Part shown: piece by piece, positions 1 through 13,200 of the stretch | Layout of the letters: each line of letters starts with the position of its first letter | Position numbering within the stretch: position 1 is the stretch's first letter | Assembly: GCA_964016885.1 (NCBI GenBank) | Contig: OZ024741.1 | Span: 358,670,001-358,734,000, forward strand | DNA length: 64,000 nt | Source: Eledone cirrhosa | Lineage: Eukaryota | Direction of reading: 5' to 3' | Made by a program: the position numbers and the translations under genes | The notes under the pieces: model-generated | The model's database searches: none | Told to the model about the DNA's origin: nothing | The model's input: the letters and a program-made list of their open reading frames with translations, nothing else

Positions 1-235
1 AGCCAGGCCAGTTTAAAATGGGGCTTACATTTTTACATCTGGTATGGGCATATTACCTGCATTAAGGGCCTACATTTCACATCAGACCTGAAACTATTAC
101 CAAATTTTGATGGTTTACATTTCATATCAGGCTTAGGCCTATTACCAACTTTGGACTAGCCTTTATTTGATATCTAGCTTGGGCCTATTATCAACTTTTG
201 GGGACTACATTTCACAACCTATTACCAGATTTGCA
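1..235. repeat. Degenerate ~45-50 bp minisatellite (TACATTTCACATC...GGCCTATTACCAA)
   Basis: TACATTT(C/T)A and CTATTACC recur about five times with irregular spacing. Confidence 0.55.
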
Positions 236-459
236 CAAGATTGTGTGCAGCAAAGAATGATTGAGAAATATGTTGGAAAAAATGATGGTATCATATTTAA
301 AGATGTTAGTCCTCACAGATAAGATGAAGGCAAGCAACCACCTAGAATTTACTTCCCTTGCTCAAAAAGATCAATAATTCATAGAATGGTAAACTATGAT
401 CTTGTAATGACTCATCAATTCTCCCCAGCTCCAACAAATAATTAAAAAAAGTACATTAA

Positions 460-660
460 CCCTTTAGCATTTACATTACTCTATATATACTATTGTATTT
501 TGTGGTAATCTCTCACATAATATTGAATCTATGAGATGTTGATATTATTTATTTTGAGAACAATACCTTAACATCAGTATGAGTAGCAAGTTACAGCCGG
601 TTTGAACAGAAAGAGGTGAGAAAATTCTGGCTAGATATGGCTGGTTTAAATGCTTAAGGG
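460..660. mobile_element. piggyBac-type MITE
   Basis: TTAA|CCCTTTAGCATTTA ... TAAATGCTTAAGGG|TTAA: terminal inverted repeats with TTAA target site. Same ends as 33434-33654. Confidence 0.75.
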
Positions 661-753
661 TTAAATCATTGTTCATACACATTTGGTCATTTTTGTTTAC
701 TTTATTTTCTTCAGTAATTCACTATAGCTAAAACATACACGTAATTTCTTACA

Positions 754-2041
754 TCTCTCTCTTTATAAAATTCTTTGTCTCTCTGTCTGTCTATCTGTCT
801 CTCTTTTCCTTATGCATTCTTAAACAGCTCGACCAAATCAAATCAAATTTTACAATGTAATAGTATTAGACTCCAGGATTAACAACATGCAATTTTTATT
901 TTCATTTGGATTAAAACAATATAACATTTTATCTAAAATAATCTACTATGTTCGTTATGTATGTTAGGCTTCAATAATTTACATACACACACATTTGCAC
1001 GTAAATATTTAATCAGATACACAGAGAATTAAACACACGCACACATCTACACATAATATACATATGTGGTGACTGAAAAGTATGTGTGTGAGTGTATGTG
1101 TGTGTGAGTATACATACATTTCTGTGATGATTGACATAACGGATACATACACACAAACATACATCTAAAGAGAGAGAGACACAGAAGGAGAGGCAAAGAG
1201 ATTGATAGGCCGTTATACAGAGAGAGATACAATTAAAGTGTTAGATATTCAGAGAGAGAAGAAAAAAGAGAGAGAGAGGGAGAGAAAGAGAGTGACGTCC
1301 CACAAAAGTCTAGAATCGGCTTAAACTATAGATCAAAGTATCAGTTGAATGTTTAACAATATTGCGTTAGCTTTAATGAAGTAGTTTACCACCAGTCTTT
1401 GATTTTACAGAACACAGAAAAAATTGATACTATTTGAAATTAATCTATGGTGTATATTAATTTAGCTTTTTGAGGATAGTGTCATGTTATTATTGACCTA
1501 ATTCAGATGAGAAATACGATCGCAACTTTCTGAAAGTGAACAGAACCTGAGACAGGAAACAGAAAGATTAAGGCAAGAAGAAAGACTATCGCAATAAACA
1601 AAGGTTCAATATGAAAATCACCAAGAGGCAATGACAGTTGCAATGCAAACTTGACGAGCACAAACGACTCTTCAAGGCAGAATAAACTGGCTTAGAGCTG
1701 TGTTTTCATACGGTCCATCGAAGAATTATAGAAATGATCCTAAAGTCGCAATTGGTAGCATGGATATTACACTTGGCATGTGTTGCTTAGGAGGAAGTCA
1801 GACTTCCACTGATAGAGGACCTTCCAGCTTTTATCCATATACTGCTTACAGACCGCACTAACGAAGCTAAACACTTCAGAAGCAATGTTATGCGGAATAT
1901 TGTTGCATTTCAGATGACGTCCTTTGGAGCTAATAAAGGTCATACTGACTATGGTTATTTCACAACATTTAAAATCCAAGGCCAATGATCCCATTTAATC
2001 GGCAGTTTACTCCCCCAACCTAATAAGGAAGTTTTATTATT

Positions 2042-2127
<86 letters not shown>

Positions 2128-2256
2128 TCTCACACACACACACATTACGGTCTCACCTCATACTACAAACCAGACAACACACCCAATACAGTTGTTTTCT
2201 CTTTTATCCGTCTTCTCTTAACTGTTCTCCCGGGCGAAGCTGGGTACCTCAGTTAG
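754..2256 (+). mobile_element. Internally deleted Helitron with RepHel N-terminal remnant
   Basis: 5' A|TC start followed by a (TCTG)n-like tract. Frameshifted RepHel N-terminal motifs at ~1680-2030 (RAVFSYGPSKNYRNDPKVAIGSMD, GMCC, AFQMTSFGANK, GYFTTFKIQGQ, HLIGSLLP). 3' GC hairpin CCCGGGCGAAGCTGGG then TTAG|T. The 5' boundary is the least certain part. Confidence 0.75.
2044..2143. repeat. (CT)n/(CA)n microsatellite
   Basis: Directly visible; source of the ERERER/SLSLSL ORFs. Confidence 0.95.
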
Positions 2257-2310
2257 TAATTTAATAATATTAAAGCTTAAAAACTATGATGTTGTATCGT
2301 TTTCTTTCAG

Positions 2311-2406
2311 ATTGTGGTGGAAAGGTTTGTCTAAATGACGGTAAAAGGCTTGAAGGTAGCTGCGATTGTAACTGTAAAAATAATTATTTTGGACCACAGT
2401 GTGCAG
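2311..2406 (+). CDS. Exon: EGF-like Cys-rich domain of a CRISP/CAP-like protein (DCGGKVCLNDGKRLEGSCDCNCKNNYFGPQCA)
   Basis: TTTCTTTCAG acceptor, GTAAAT donor, 96 bp, phase 1-1. Six Cys with C-x-C-x-C...G-x-x-C spacing typical of molluscan CRISP C-termini. Confidence 0.88.
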
Positions 2407-2522
2407 GTAAATATATATGTACTAGAATTAGTCATATGTGCAGAAATAATTTGGAAGTATCAAATTAAAACATCAAAATTGTTTTTTTTAAGAGTTTTCA
2501 TGCTAGTATAACTAACTATTAA

Positions 2523-3622
2523 TCTATATATATAAAACTGAGGTTGTCTGTCTGTCTATCGATTTTTGGCACACATCTCCTCTTAGAATCTCTCACGGAA
2601 TTGCACCGAAATTGCTATACTTGTACATTGAGCCCTAGCGAAGACATCGGAAAAAAATATTTCAAATTGACCCGCCCTATCTGACGAAATCGAATATAAT
2701 GTATCGATTTTTGAGCGTAAGTGATCAGTTATTTCCCTTTGTTCTGTTTACATTCAGCGTAGCGTCTTACGTTCTCTTTACATTTTCTGCGTGCAAAAAT
2801 TAAAAAAATGATTTCCCTTTGTTCTGTTTACATTCAGCGTAGCGTCTTACGTTCTGTTTACATTTTCTGCGTGCAAAAATTAAAAAAATTACGCTGGCTT
2901 TCTCAGCGTTTAAAATGACATTAACACAATACACGAACAGTTGTCGAGCCAGCAAAATTTTGACCTGCAAAATTCATCAGTTCGAACACTAAGCTTCCGT
3001 TTTGCTTCATTTCCATTTAAAAGCCTTTTAAAACAATATTTTTACTTGAAAACAAGTCTATTTAAAGACTACGTAAAACAAGCAAATATTTCGTAAAAAA
3101 AAGCAAAAATTATATAAGTTTATTTAAAATATATGTATCTGTAAATTTCGTTAGGCGTGCAGACAGACAGTCGTGCAGAGAGGTGATATACGCGTGCAGA
3201 CAGATAGTCGTGCAGAGAGGTGATATACGCGTGCAGACAGATAGTCGTGCAGTGAGGTGATATAGGCGTGCAGACAGAAAGTCGTGCAGAGAGGTGATAT
3301 AGGCGTGCAGACAGACATAACTGATAATTTGGTTACGCTAATGTTTTTCTCTGCGTTGCAGTGTTTACATTTTCGATCTTTGTTAATAAATAACCAGTGC
3401 AGTTTTTATCCCCAGCATCCTCTTTTGTTATAACATTCGGGTTATCGTTATGTTTTCTTAACTTCATAAGGCATATTGTTGGTTGAGGGAATATTAATCA
3501 AAAACACCACATGCAAGTCTGCACAGTAGACACTACAGTTTTTAAGCCAAAAAAGAAACTTAACATTGTAACTTTAACACAGCTACTGAGCGACCCCGAG
3601 CAACGCCGGGCTTTACTGCTAG
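2523..3622 (+). mobile_element. Non-autonomous Helitron
   Basis: A|TCTATATATATAAAACTGAGG 5' end; 3' hairpin CCCGAGCAACGCCGGG then CTAG|T; A|T target, no TSD. Internal duplication at ~2730-2890 and a 37-bp minisatellite at ~3155-3315. Confidence 0.9.
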
Positions 3623-4183
3623 TATATTGCTAAAATAACCAATGCTTTTAACGTTTTGTGCAAAATTGTACATCATACTTTCTTATATATATCATGCATG
3701 CCTCATTTTTCTCCAACCTCATAGAAGATCTTTCATATCAGTGTCACTAACATGTAGCATTATACAGTGAAGCTTTGCATGTAGAGAGAGAGGGATGGAG
3801 TTAACAAGTGATTGATCTTCTTTGATCTTTTCCTTATACTAACTAACTACTATATTTTCACTACATTCCACCTCTTTTGCTAATTAGATCACTTTGTTAA
3901 CAAAACCTCTTTATTATGTTGAATAAACTGTGTAGTTCATGGACATTATTTCACAAGTTTCTTTACAACTACTATTATATATCTATCATATGTAAAAACT
4001 TAGTTCTTTACTTGTCCATCAGAGAACCTCTGTGTCTTTTATGTAACAAACTGTTTCCCACTAATATACATTATTTAGTCCTGCGAATATCTTCATACAT
4101 AACAAGCAATGTCACTATTCAGATACACTAACAATGTTGCATTCTGTATATATGTCTCCTATCCTAATTTTTGTTCTCTATAG

Positions 4184-4300
4184 TGAATTGTTCTCAAGGG
4201 AAAGATCATCGAAAATGTGGCACATACTACAAGCAAGAATATTGTCTTAAATACTCCAATGTTCCATATATTTGTCCTGAAATGTGTAAAATATGTCCAT
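4184..4300 (+). CDS. Exon: ShKT-like (ion-channel-regulator type) six-Cys domain ([39 protein letters not shown])
   Basis: TTGTTCTCTATAG acceptor, GTAAGT donor, 117 bp, phase 1-1, in frame with the previous exon. C..D..C...C...CPxxCxxC ShKT pattern. Confidence 0.9.
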
Positions 4301-4820
4301 GTAAGTAACTTGTATGTTTATGTTATGTTGTTTATTTCTTCACTGATAACATTTAATGAGATTTTCTAAGTGAAAAGCTTCATGTTATTAGGGTGATAAA
4401 TGTGTTTTATAAAAAGGTTGGTAGCTTAGAACTAGGAGTAGAGATATTTAGCTGTATTTTTTCATTATTTTAATTATTAGAATTCTTTTCCATATGCTGA
4501 CGCATATGCGTATGTGTGTGTGTATGTGCGTATGCTTTCATTTATATGTATGAGTATATAAATATAAACGTGCAAATACAGACACGCTTACAAAAATACA
4601 CACTCACAGATATACATTCACACAAACACACATACTCACACACAGCGTAGTTTTTTCACCATCCCCGTCCTTCCTTTTACACATACATACATTCACACAG
4701 GCAGCAGGTGTGAAGAGTGAGGAGCAGTATGAGGTAGTCAAACTACTCCTCTCTCTTTAACAGAATCACAGAAAATTATATATAGATTTTTCTATATCCC
4801 TTTTCCTTTCTTTTCTTTTT

Positions 4821-4825
<5 letters not shown>

Positions 4826-4883
<58 letters not shown>
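4826..4883. repeat. (TG)n microsatellite
   Basis: Directly visible. Confidence 0.95.
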
Positions 4884-4889
<6 letters not shown>

Positions 4890-5274
4890 AAGAAGTATTC
4901 ACTACCTTAACATGCATGGCTATTTTGGGAAATCTTTCGTTTTAAGTTTCTCTTAGAGGAATTTGTCAACCCCCCTATATATTTGAAGCCTTGAATATGT
5001 TCTAGTGTCAATCTCGGATTATAGTGCTTCCAATTTTTATTGCCTTCTCAATTGATAGATATTCTTCAATTTACTACATTACATATGTGAGACCCTTCTG
5101 TACTTATAATTAGTATGCTAAATGATTCCCAGAGGTATTTTCCATTACCCATAAAGTGTTGGACTATTAGTCTTATGATAGAATGTTCAAATTGTACTAT
5201 AGCCATTATTTTTTTATCCTAGCTAAAATATATAACAATTTTGTCTGCATTTGGTTTATTAAAAATTGGTTGAG

Positions 5275-5660
5275 ATAGTGCTGGTTCCACAATAAAATGC
5301 ACACAGCCCACTCAGCAAGGTACTACTGCTGGTCCTATGACAAAAGTGCACCTACTTCACCCTGCAAGGTGATAGTGCTGGTGCCATAACAAAAATGCAC
5401 ACACTTCGCTATGTCAGGTGATAATTCTGGTGCCTCAACAAAAAAAGCCACCAGTCCACCATATAAGTTGGTCAGGATAAAATGCTCTCAGTACAAGCTG
5501 TAAAGTGGTTGGCATTTGGGGGCATCCAGCCTAAATGAAACAAGCAAGACATAGTTACTTAACCTTACTAGTTTCAGAACATGACAGTCTGTCTAACCCA
5601 TGCAAACATGGAAAATAGACATTAAACGATGATGACAAAGACGACGAAGACAAAGAAGAA
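5275..5660 (+). mobile_element. RTE-type LINE/SINE 3' end with degenerate ~48-bp internal tandem repeats
   Basis: Units like GTGCTGGTGCC..AAAATGCACAC..CACTCTGTAAAGTG, then GTGGTTGGC..GGCATCCAGC and CATGGAAAATAGACATTAAACGATGATG, matching the 3' tail at 41990-42150. Confidence 0.65.
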
Positions 5661-6528
5661 GTTAGCATGTATTGCCAAGCACCTACATTATAACAGATTG
5701 CTGTTGTTCTTACAAGCAATGGCCAAACTATTCAATGGTTAACTATAGTCTGCATTTTGTGGGTCCCAGCAATGCGACAACCCGTACCAACATGGTAGAA
5801 GGGATGTAGAACAGAATACAAGGAAAATATTGCACTATGCATGGGACATGAAACAATCTCATTTTCGCATATATGTGTATGTGTGTTTGTGTAAATTGGA
5901 AAGTGTTATAAATAGAGATATATATATAAATATACAAACACATATGGTGTGTTATTATGGTTAAGATAGGTTTGTTTGTTGCAATTGTGTGTGTGTGTGC
6001 GTGTGCGTGTGTGTGTGCATGTATGTGCACCCCTAAGGCCACCCATCCCACCATGGGCAAGTAGCAAGCAGTCTAAATCCCACTCCCGCTCACTCCTTAT
6101 TATTGTCCTCCCAGCCTGACCAAGGATCCACGCACCCTAGTATTGAAATGTGTAGTATTGGTTCCACAAAAAATGCTCAGCACTCTATCCACATTAGAAT
6201 ATGGAAGTGCTGGTGTCACAATAAGATGTTTCCAGCCATTCTGTAAAGTGGTAGTACTGGTGCCACAAAAAAAGCTATAGAAAATATACCAAAATGGAAT
6301 GTATGAGCAAGACACAGTTGCTTGACCTGCCTGTCTAGCCTCAGATTGTGATAACCATCTAACACATACAAGCATGGAAAATAAGGGTAATACGGTGGTG
6401 GTGGTGGTGAATAAGAAGTACAAAAACTACCACTATCACTACCAAAACAGCAGGAATTTTACTGTTATCATTCTCATCAACAGAATAATTTCATGTATTT
6501 TATGAAATGCATTTGTCATCATTATCCA

Positions 6529-7342
6529 AGATTGACAGTATCAGTAGAGTATTAGACACTATGCTTCATAGCATAGAGTTACAACCCTTTACGTTCTGAG
6601 TCCAAATCCCGCCGAGGTTAACTTTGCCTTTCGTCCTTACGGGGTTGATAAAATAAAGCACCAGTAATGCACTGAGGCCGATTTAATTGATTTTCCCCTT
6701 CCCCTCAAATTGCAGGCCTTGTGCCTAAAATAGAAACAATTATTACATTCATTAAAATTAATTACAATCATGTTCTTTCATAGACATTATTATCAAGCAT
6801 AACTTAATTTGAAACATAATTTAACTTTGCAATCATTAAACTCTATTACAATAATTGTTTCTACTTTTGGCACAAGGCCAGCAATTACCCAGTATATTAC
6901 TGGTACTTTATTTTATCGACCCCGTAAGGATGAAAGGCAAAGTTAACCTCGACGGGATTTGAACTCAGACCGTAATGGGGCGTAACTATGCTAGAAAGCA
7001 TGGCGTCCAACCCTCTACCGGTTATATTAATATATAGCTATATTAATATATGCTAGCATGGAAGAACGGACGTAAAACGGTGATGATGATGATGATATAA
7101 TTCAAACTACATATACAGAAAAATCAGATACAATTCAGTTTCATTTTATTGTCAGTGGATTGGCAGTATCAGTAGAGGGTCGGACGCCATGTTTTGCAGC
7201 ACAGTTACGTCCCTTTACGGACTGAGTTCAAAACCCGCCGAGGTTAACTTTGCCTTTCATCCTTAAGGGGTCGATAAAATAAAGTACCAGTAATACACTG
7301 GGATAATTGCTGGCCTTGTGCCAAAAATAGAAACAATTATTA
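6529..7342. mobile_element. Cluster of three tRNA-derived SINE copies (+ 6529-6745, - 6851-7020, + 7155-7342)
   Basis: A-box TGGCAGTATCGG and B-box GAGTTCAAA; conserved core GCCTTTCATCCTT..GGGGTCGATAAAATAAAGTACC; tail AGAAACAATTATT. Confidence 0.85.
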
Positions 7343-8107
7343 CCCAGTTATGTTAAGAGATTGACAAACTTTTGTGATAATTAAAAGGAAAGATTATTCT
7401 ATTCTGATAGATTATTTTGGGAGAAAATACATGATATAAGAGGCTGGATTAGTTGGTATGAAATGTTAAAATGTTACACCAGTTATTTTTCAATAAGAAT
7501 GTATATTCATGATGACAACAGAACTGACAAATTAATATCAGTACTTTAGTTTCGTATTCTGTATTAAACTTTTGTTTTATAGTAATTTTAATTTTAATGG
7601 GTTATTGTTTAGCAGAGAATGAATAAGATTCATTTCCTCCATAAGACATTACTACAATGTATAAACAACTCAAATATTAAAATGTGTTTTGTATCATGTA
7701 ATTTAAATTTTCAAGCAAAATTTACAGAAATTTGTTGGAAACTAAAATGGTGGTTTTCTACATAATTTGCTTTAATGATTTTGTCTTTATGTATGTGGTA
7801 TATAGTGGTCAATGGTAACAGCATGAACTAGTCGATGAAAGGTTGTCATGTCCCTGTTCATCTGCTTTGCCTCTCCAACAGGCGTGTGCTGACTCTCTAA
7901 AAGGCAGAATAAAACAAATGTAACCCTGAAGGATAGCAAGCGAAATTCACTGAAAGAGCCATTCAAACTCATGGGGCTCATTCTTGTGGGTGGCCAACTC
8001 CATCCCAATAGCTTGGATACTAAATAAATGCATTGTTGTAGTCAGGGCAAATTAACTTTCATTTTTAAGATTGTAATTTTTACCTCATGTATGTCTTTAT
8101 ATTTCAG

Positions 8108-8161
8108 ATGCTGACATGGTTGAAAATGTGATTACAATATCACCAATCTCAACAGATTCTG
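8108..8161 (+). CDS. Micro-exon, Ser/Thr/Pro linker (YADMVENVITISPISTDS)
   Basis: ATTTCAG acceptor, GTAAAT donor, 54 bp, phase 1-1, open in the frame set by the ShKT exon. Confidence 0.75.
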
Positions 8162-8276
8162 GTAAATGATGTTTTATTTTAATAGATTACATGTGATGAA
8201 TTTATGATATAAGGGGATAAATCAGTTGTTATGAAATGATAAGGGTTATTTCCTAATATGTGTCTTTATCTTTCAG

Positions 8277-8321
8277 CTACTAGTAAGGTTTCTCAGATGT
8301 CACCAACAGCAACAACTTCTG
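8277..8321 (+). CDS. Micro-exon, Ser/Thr-rich stalk (ATSKVSQMSPTATTS)
   Basis: TTTATCTTTCAG acceptor, GTAATT donor, 45 bp, phase 1-1. Confidence 0.75.
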
Positions 8322-8394
8322 GTAATTAAATATTTTATTAACTTAAATATTTACCATATGGAATGGTAAATATGTTTGAAATGTTGCATTTAGC

Positions 8395-9560
8395 ATCACT
8401 GATGCCGAAAAGAAAGAAGACTCTGATTACTAATATGAAAGTTTGATGAATATGGAGAGTGAAGGCAGGAAAACAGACTACTCCCAACTGACTAACAGAA
8501 GGATTATCTATTAATGTTGACAGTTACAGAGTCATAGAAACAATCAAGGAGATAGAAAAAAGTAAAACTGCTGGACTGTCAGCAGTTTTACTGTGAAGCT
8601 GAAATTTTCTGAGAAAGTAGGAGCCAAACTAATCACCTCCATAGTTAATCAGGTAATACAGAACAAGGTTATACCCAATGATTGGTGTGGCAGTATAATA
8701 ATTAATTGTTACAAAGGAACAGATGATGCTTTAGGAGCAACTAAGAAGACATAAAACTGATGGAGCAAGTTATGAAAATTAGCATAACTAATTAGGAAAA
8801 AAGTCAAATTAGATGAGTTGCAGTTTGATTTTCTGCCAGGGAGGATCACCAAAGGTGCCCTATCTTGGTGAGACAACTGCAAGAGAAGTTTCTCACTAAA
8901 TGTAAGCCCCTATATATAAGTTTCAGTGATCTGGAGAAAGCCTTTGATATGGTTCCATGATCTGTCATCTGGTGATCCTTAAGGAACCTAAGTATAGAAG
9001 AATGGTCTGTGAGAGCAGTGCAAGACATGTTCAGAGGAGCTGAGAATAGGTAATGAGTGTAGTGAGGAATTCGTTGTGCCAGCTGGTGTTCATCAAGGCT
9101 CAGTCTTCACCCTCCTCCTGTTTAATATAGTTTCCAAGATAACAGAGGAGTTTAAAAGCATAGGAATTTCTCTATGCTGATGATTTGGTTCTTATTGCTG
9201 AATCTGTGGAAGAGCTAGAGAAGAAATTTCAGCTGCAAAAACATAATTTTGAATGAAAAAAGCTTAGAGTAACCCCCCCCCCCCCCCCCCAAAGTTTTAC
9301 TAAGTAACAAAGAAGTCAGTACATTGATCCCATCAGTGTACTGTCTTCTTTGTTACTTAGTAACGTAGAGAAGTAGCCATGCTTGATATGTAGAAAAGGA
9401 GTATGTAGGAATTCCATTTGATGAACATGTAAATCTTGGGTACACAAAAGATGTAGTGGGATAGCAGATTGACTAACAGAAAAGGTAGAGTGTGTATGTA
9501 GCACATGTACAGAGATAGTTGCTACTAAGAACATCAATGAAATAAACTTTTTCCAATCTT
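8395..9560 (+). mobile_element. Degraded RTE-clade LINE fragment (RT region)
   Basis: Homologous to 19342-21579: DLEKAFD, GVHQGS, LYADDL and the Cys-finger region are recognisable despite many stops and frameshifts. Confidence 0.85.
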
Positions 9561-10220
9561 CAAAATATGATGAAAGTTCAAATGTTTGATAAGTTTCATA
9601 ACAATAAAAATATGATTTTTATCATGTTTTATTGCTATGAAACTTATTTAAGTATATATATATATATATACATACATGTCATAGATGAGTACCTTACCTT
9701 AGAGGAAAAAAAAGTTGATATAAGGATATGCAACCTCAATAAAGTCTCATCTAACCTGTGCTAGCATAAATACACTCACACACATATTAAGGATTTAGAT
9801 TGATATACAACGATTTTGATTTTGTTGCTCAATGGGAATTCCAGAGCAGACACATACGTTAAATTGTTGTGAGGTAACAGTCCCAAGCAGGGAAGCACAG
9901 AAAATGTTTCCTCTTCATATCACCCATATTGGATGGCCTTGTAAGGCCATCAACACAGCCTCTTCCTCCAGACCAAATCTTTAAAATTTTCTGTTACTTT
10001 TGTGACTCTTGCTAGTATGTAAGCCGTTACTGTCTTTGTTGCTGCTGCTATTACAACTGTTGCTATTTTGCTTGTTATTATTGAACATGTTGCTGCTATA
10101 TATGTTGCTATTAGGAGTTTTGCTGTTGTTATTTTTGCTGTTGTCTATGCTGCATTGCTTATGTTGTTATTGGTTATGTTGCCATTTTGTGTTTTATATG
10201 TTGACTTTTTTTGTTTTCCC

Positions 10221-13200
10221 ATTGTCTATGTTGCTTTTGTACATGTTACTATTGTCTATATTACTATTGTGTATGTAGCTATTGTCTATGTTGCCAGAGT
10301 ACATGTTACTATTGTCTATATTACTATTGTGTATGTAGCTATTGTCTATGTTGCCAGAGTACATGTTACTATTGTCTATATTACTATTGTGTATGTAGCT
10401 ATTGTCTATGTTGCCAGAGTATATGTTACTATTGTCTATATTACTATTGTGTATGTAGCTATTGTCTATGTTGCCAGAGTACATGTTACTATTGTCTATA
10501 TTACTATTGTGTATGTAGCTATTGTCTATGTTGCCAGAGTATATGTTACTATTGTCTATATTACTATTGTGTATGTAGCTATTGTCTATGTTGCCAGAGT
10601 ATATGTTACTATTGTCTATATTACTATTGTGTATGTAGCTATTGTCTATGTTGCCAGAGTATATGTTACTATTGTCTATATTACTATTGTGTATGTAGCT
10701 ATTGTCTATGTTGCCAGAGTATATGTTACTATTGTCTATATTACTATTGTGTATGTAGCTATTGTCTATGTTGCCAGAGTATATGTTACTATTGTCTATA
10801 TTACTATTGTGTATGTAGCTATTGTCTATGTTGCCAGAGTATATGTTACTATTGTCTATATTACTATTGTGTATGTAGCTATTGTCTATGTTGCCAGAGT
10901 ACATGTTACTATTGTCTATATTACTATTGTGTATGTAGCTATTGTCTATGTTGCCAGAGTACATGTTACTATTGTCTATATTACTATTGTGTATGTAGCT
11001 ATTGTCTATGTTGCCAGAGTATATGTTACTATTGTCTATATTACTATTGTGTATGTAGCTATTGTCTATGTTGCCAGAGTACATGTTACTATTGTCTATA
11101 TTACTATTGTGTATGTAGCTATTGTCTATGTTGCCAGAGTACATGTTACTATTGTCTATATTACTATTGTGTATGTAGCTATTGTCTATGTTGCCAGAGT
11201 ATATGTTACTATTGTCTATATTACTATTGTGTATGTAGCTATTGTCTATGTTGCCAGAGTACATGTTACTATTGTCTATATTACTATTGTGTATGTAGCT
11301 ATTGTCTATGTTGCCAGAGTATATGTTACTATTGTCTATATTACTATTGTGTATGTAGCTATTGTCTATGTTGCCAGAGTACATGTTACTATTGTCTATA
11401 TTACTATTGTGTATGTAGCTATTGTTTATGTTGCCAGAGTACATGTTACTATTGTCTATATTACTATTGTGTATGTTGCTATTGTCTATGTTGCCAGAGT
11501 ACATGTTACTATTGTCTATATTACTATTGTGTATGTAGCTATTGTCTATGTTGCCAGAGTACATGTTACTATTGTCTATATTACTATTGTGTATGTAGCT
11601 ATTGTCTATGTTGCCAGAGTATATGTTACTATTGTCTATATTACTATTGTGTATGTAGCTATTGTCTATGTTGCCAGAGTACATGTTACTATTGTCTATA
11701 TTACTATTGTGTATGTAGCTATTGTCTATGTTGCCAGAGTATATGTTACTATTGTCTATATTACTATTGTGTATGTAGCTATTGTCTATGTTGCCAGAGT
11801 ACATGTTACTATTGTCTATATTACTATTGTGTATGTAGCTATTGTCTATGTTGCCAGAGTACATGTTACTATTGTCTATATTACTATTGTGTATGTAGCT
11901 ATTGTCTATGTTGCCAGAGTACATGTTACTATTGTCTATATTACTATTGTCTATATTACTATTGTGTATGTAGCTATTGTCTATGTTGCCAGAGTATATG
12001 TTACTATTGTCTATATTACTATTGTGTATGTAGCTATTGTCTATGTTGCCAGAGTACATGTTACTATTGTCTATATTACTATTGTGTATGTAGCTATTGT
12101 CTATGTTGCCAGAGTACATGTTACTATTGTCTATATTACTATTGTGTATGTAGCTATTGTCTATGTTGCCAGAGTATATGTTACTATTGTCTATATTACT
12201 ATTGTGTATGTAGCTATTGTCTATGTTGCCAGTGTACATGTTACTATTGTCTATATTACTATTGTGTATGTAGCTATTGTCTATGTTGCCAGAGTATATG
12301 TTACTATTGTCTATATTACTATTGTGTATGTAGCTATTGTCTATGTTGCCAGAGTATATGTTACTATTGTCTATATTACTATTGTGTATGTAGCTATTGT
12401 CTATGTTGCCAGAGTACATGTTACTATTGTCTATATTACTATTGTGTATGTAGCTATTGTCTATGTTGCCAGAGTACATGTTACTATTGTCTATATTACT
12501 ATTGTGTATGTAGCTATTGTCTATGTTGCCAGAGTATATGTTACTATTGTCTATATTACTATTGTGTATGTAGCTATTGTCTATGTTGCCAGAGTACATG
12601 TTACTATTGTCTATATTACTATTGTGTATGTAGCTATTGTCTATGTTGCCAGAGTACATGTTACTATTGTCTATATTACTATTGTGTATGTAGCTATTGT
12701 CTATGTTGCCAGAGTACATGTTACTATTGTCTATATTACTATTGTGTATGTAGCTATTGTCTATGTTGCCAGAGTATATGTTACTATTGTCTATATTACT
12801 ATTGTGTATGTAGCTATTGTCTATGTTGCCAGTGTACATGTTACTATTGTCTATATTACTATTGTGTATGTAGCTATTGTCTATGTTGCCAGAGTATATG
12901 TTACTATTGTCTATATTACTATTGTGTATGTAGCTATTGTCTATGTTGCCAGAGTATATGTTACTATTGTCTATATTACTATTGTGTATGTAGCTATTGT
13001 CTATGTTGCCAGAGTACATGTTATTATTGTCTATATTACTATTGTGTATGTAGCTATTGTCTATGTTGCCAGAGTATATGTTACTATTGTCTATATTACT
13101 ATTGTGTATGTAGCTATTGTCTATGTTGCCAGAGTACATGTTACTATTGTCTATATTACTATTGTGTATGTAGCTATTGTCTATGTTGCCAGAGTATATG

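Noticed and set aside
2286-2468. 60-aa single-exon ORF as a complete gene
   Set aside because: Only 2311-2406 is bounded by splice sites; the flanks are intronic read-through.
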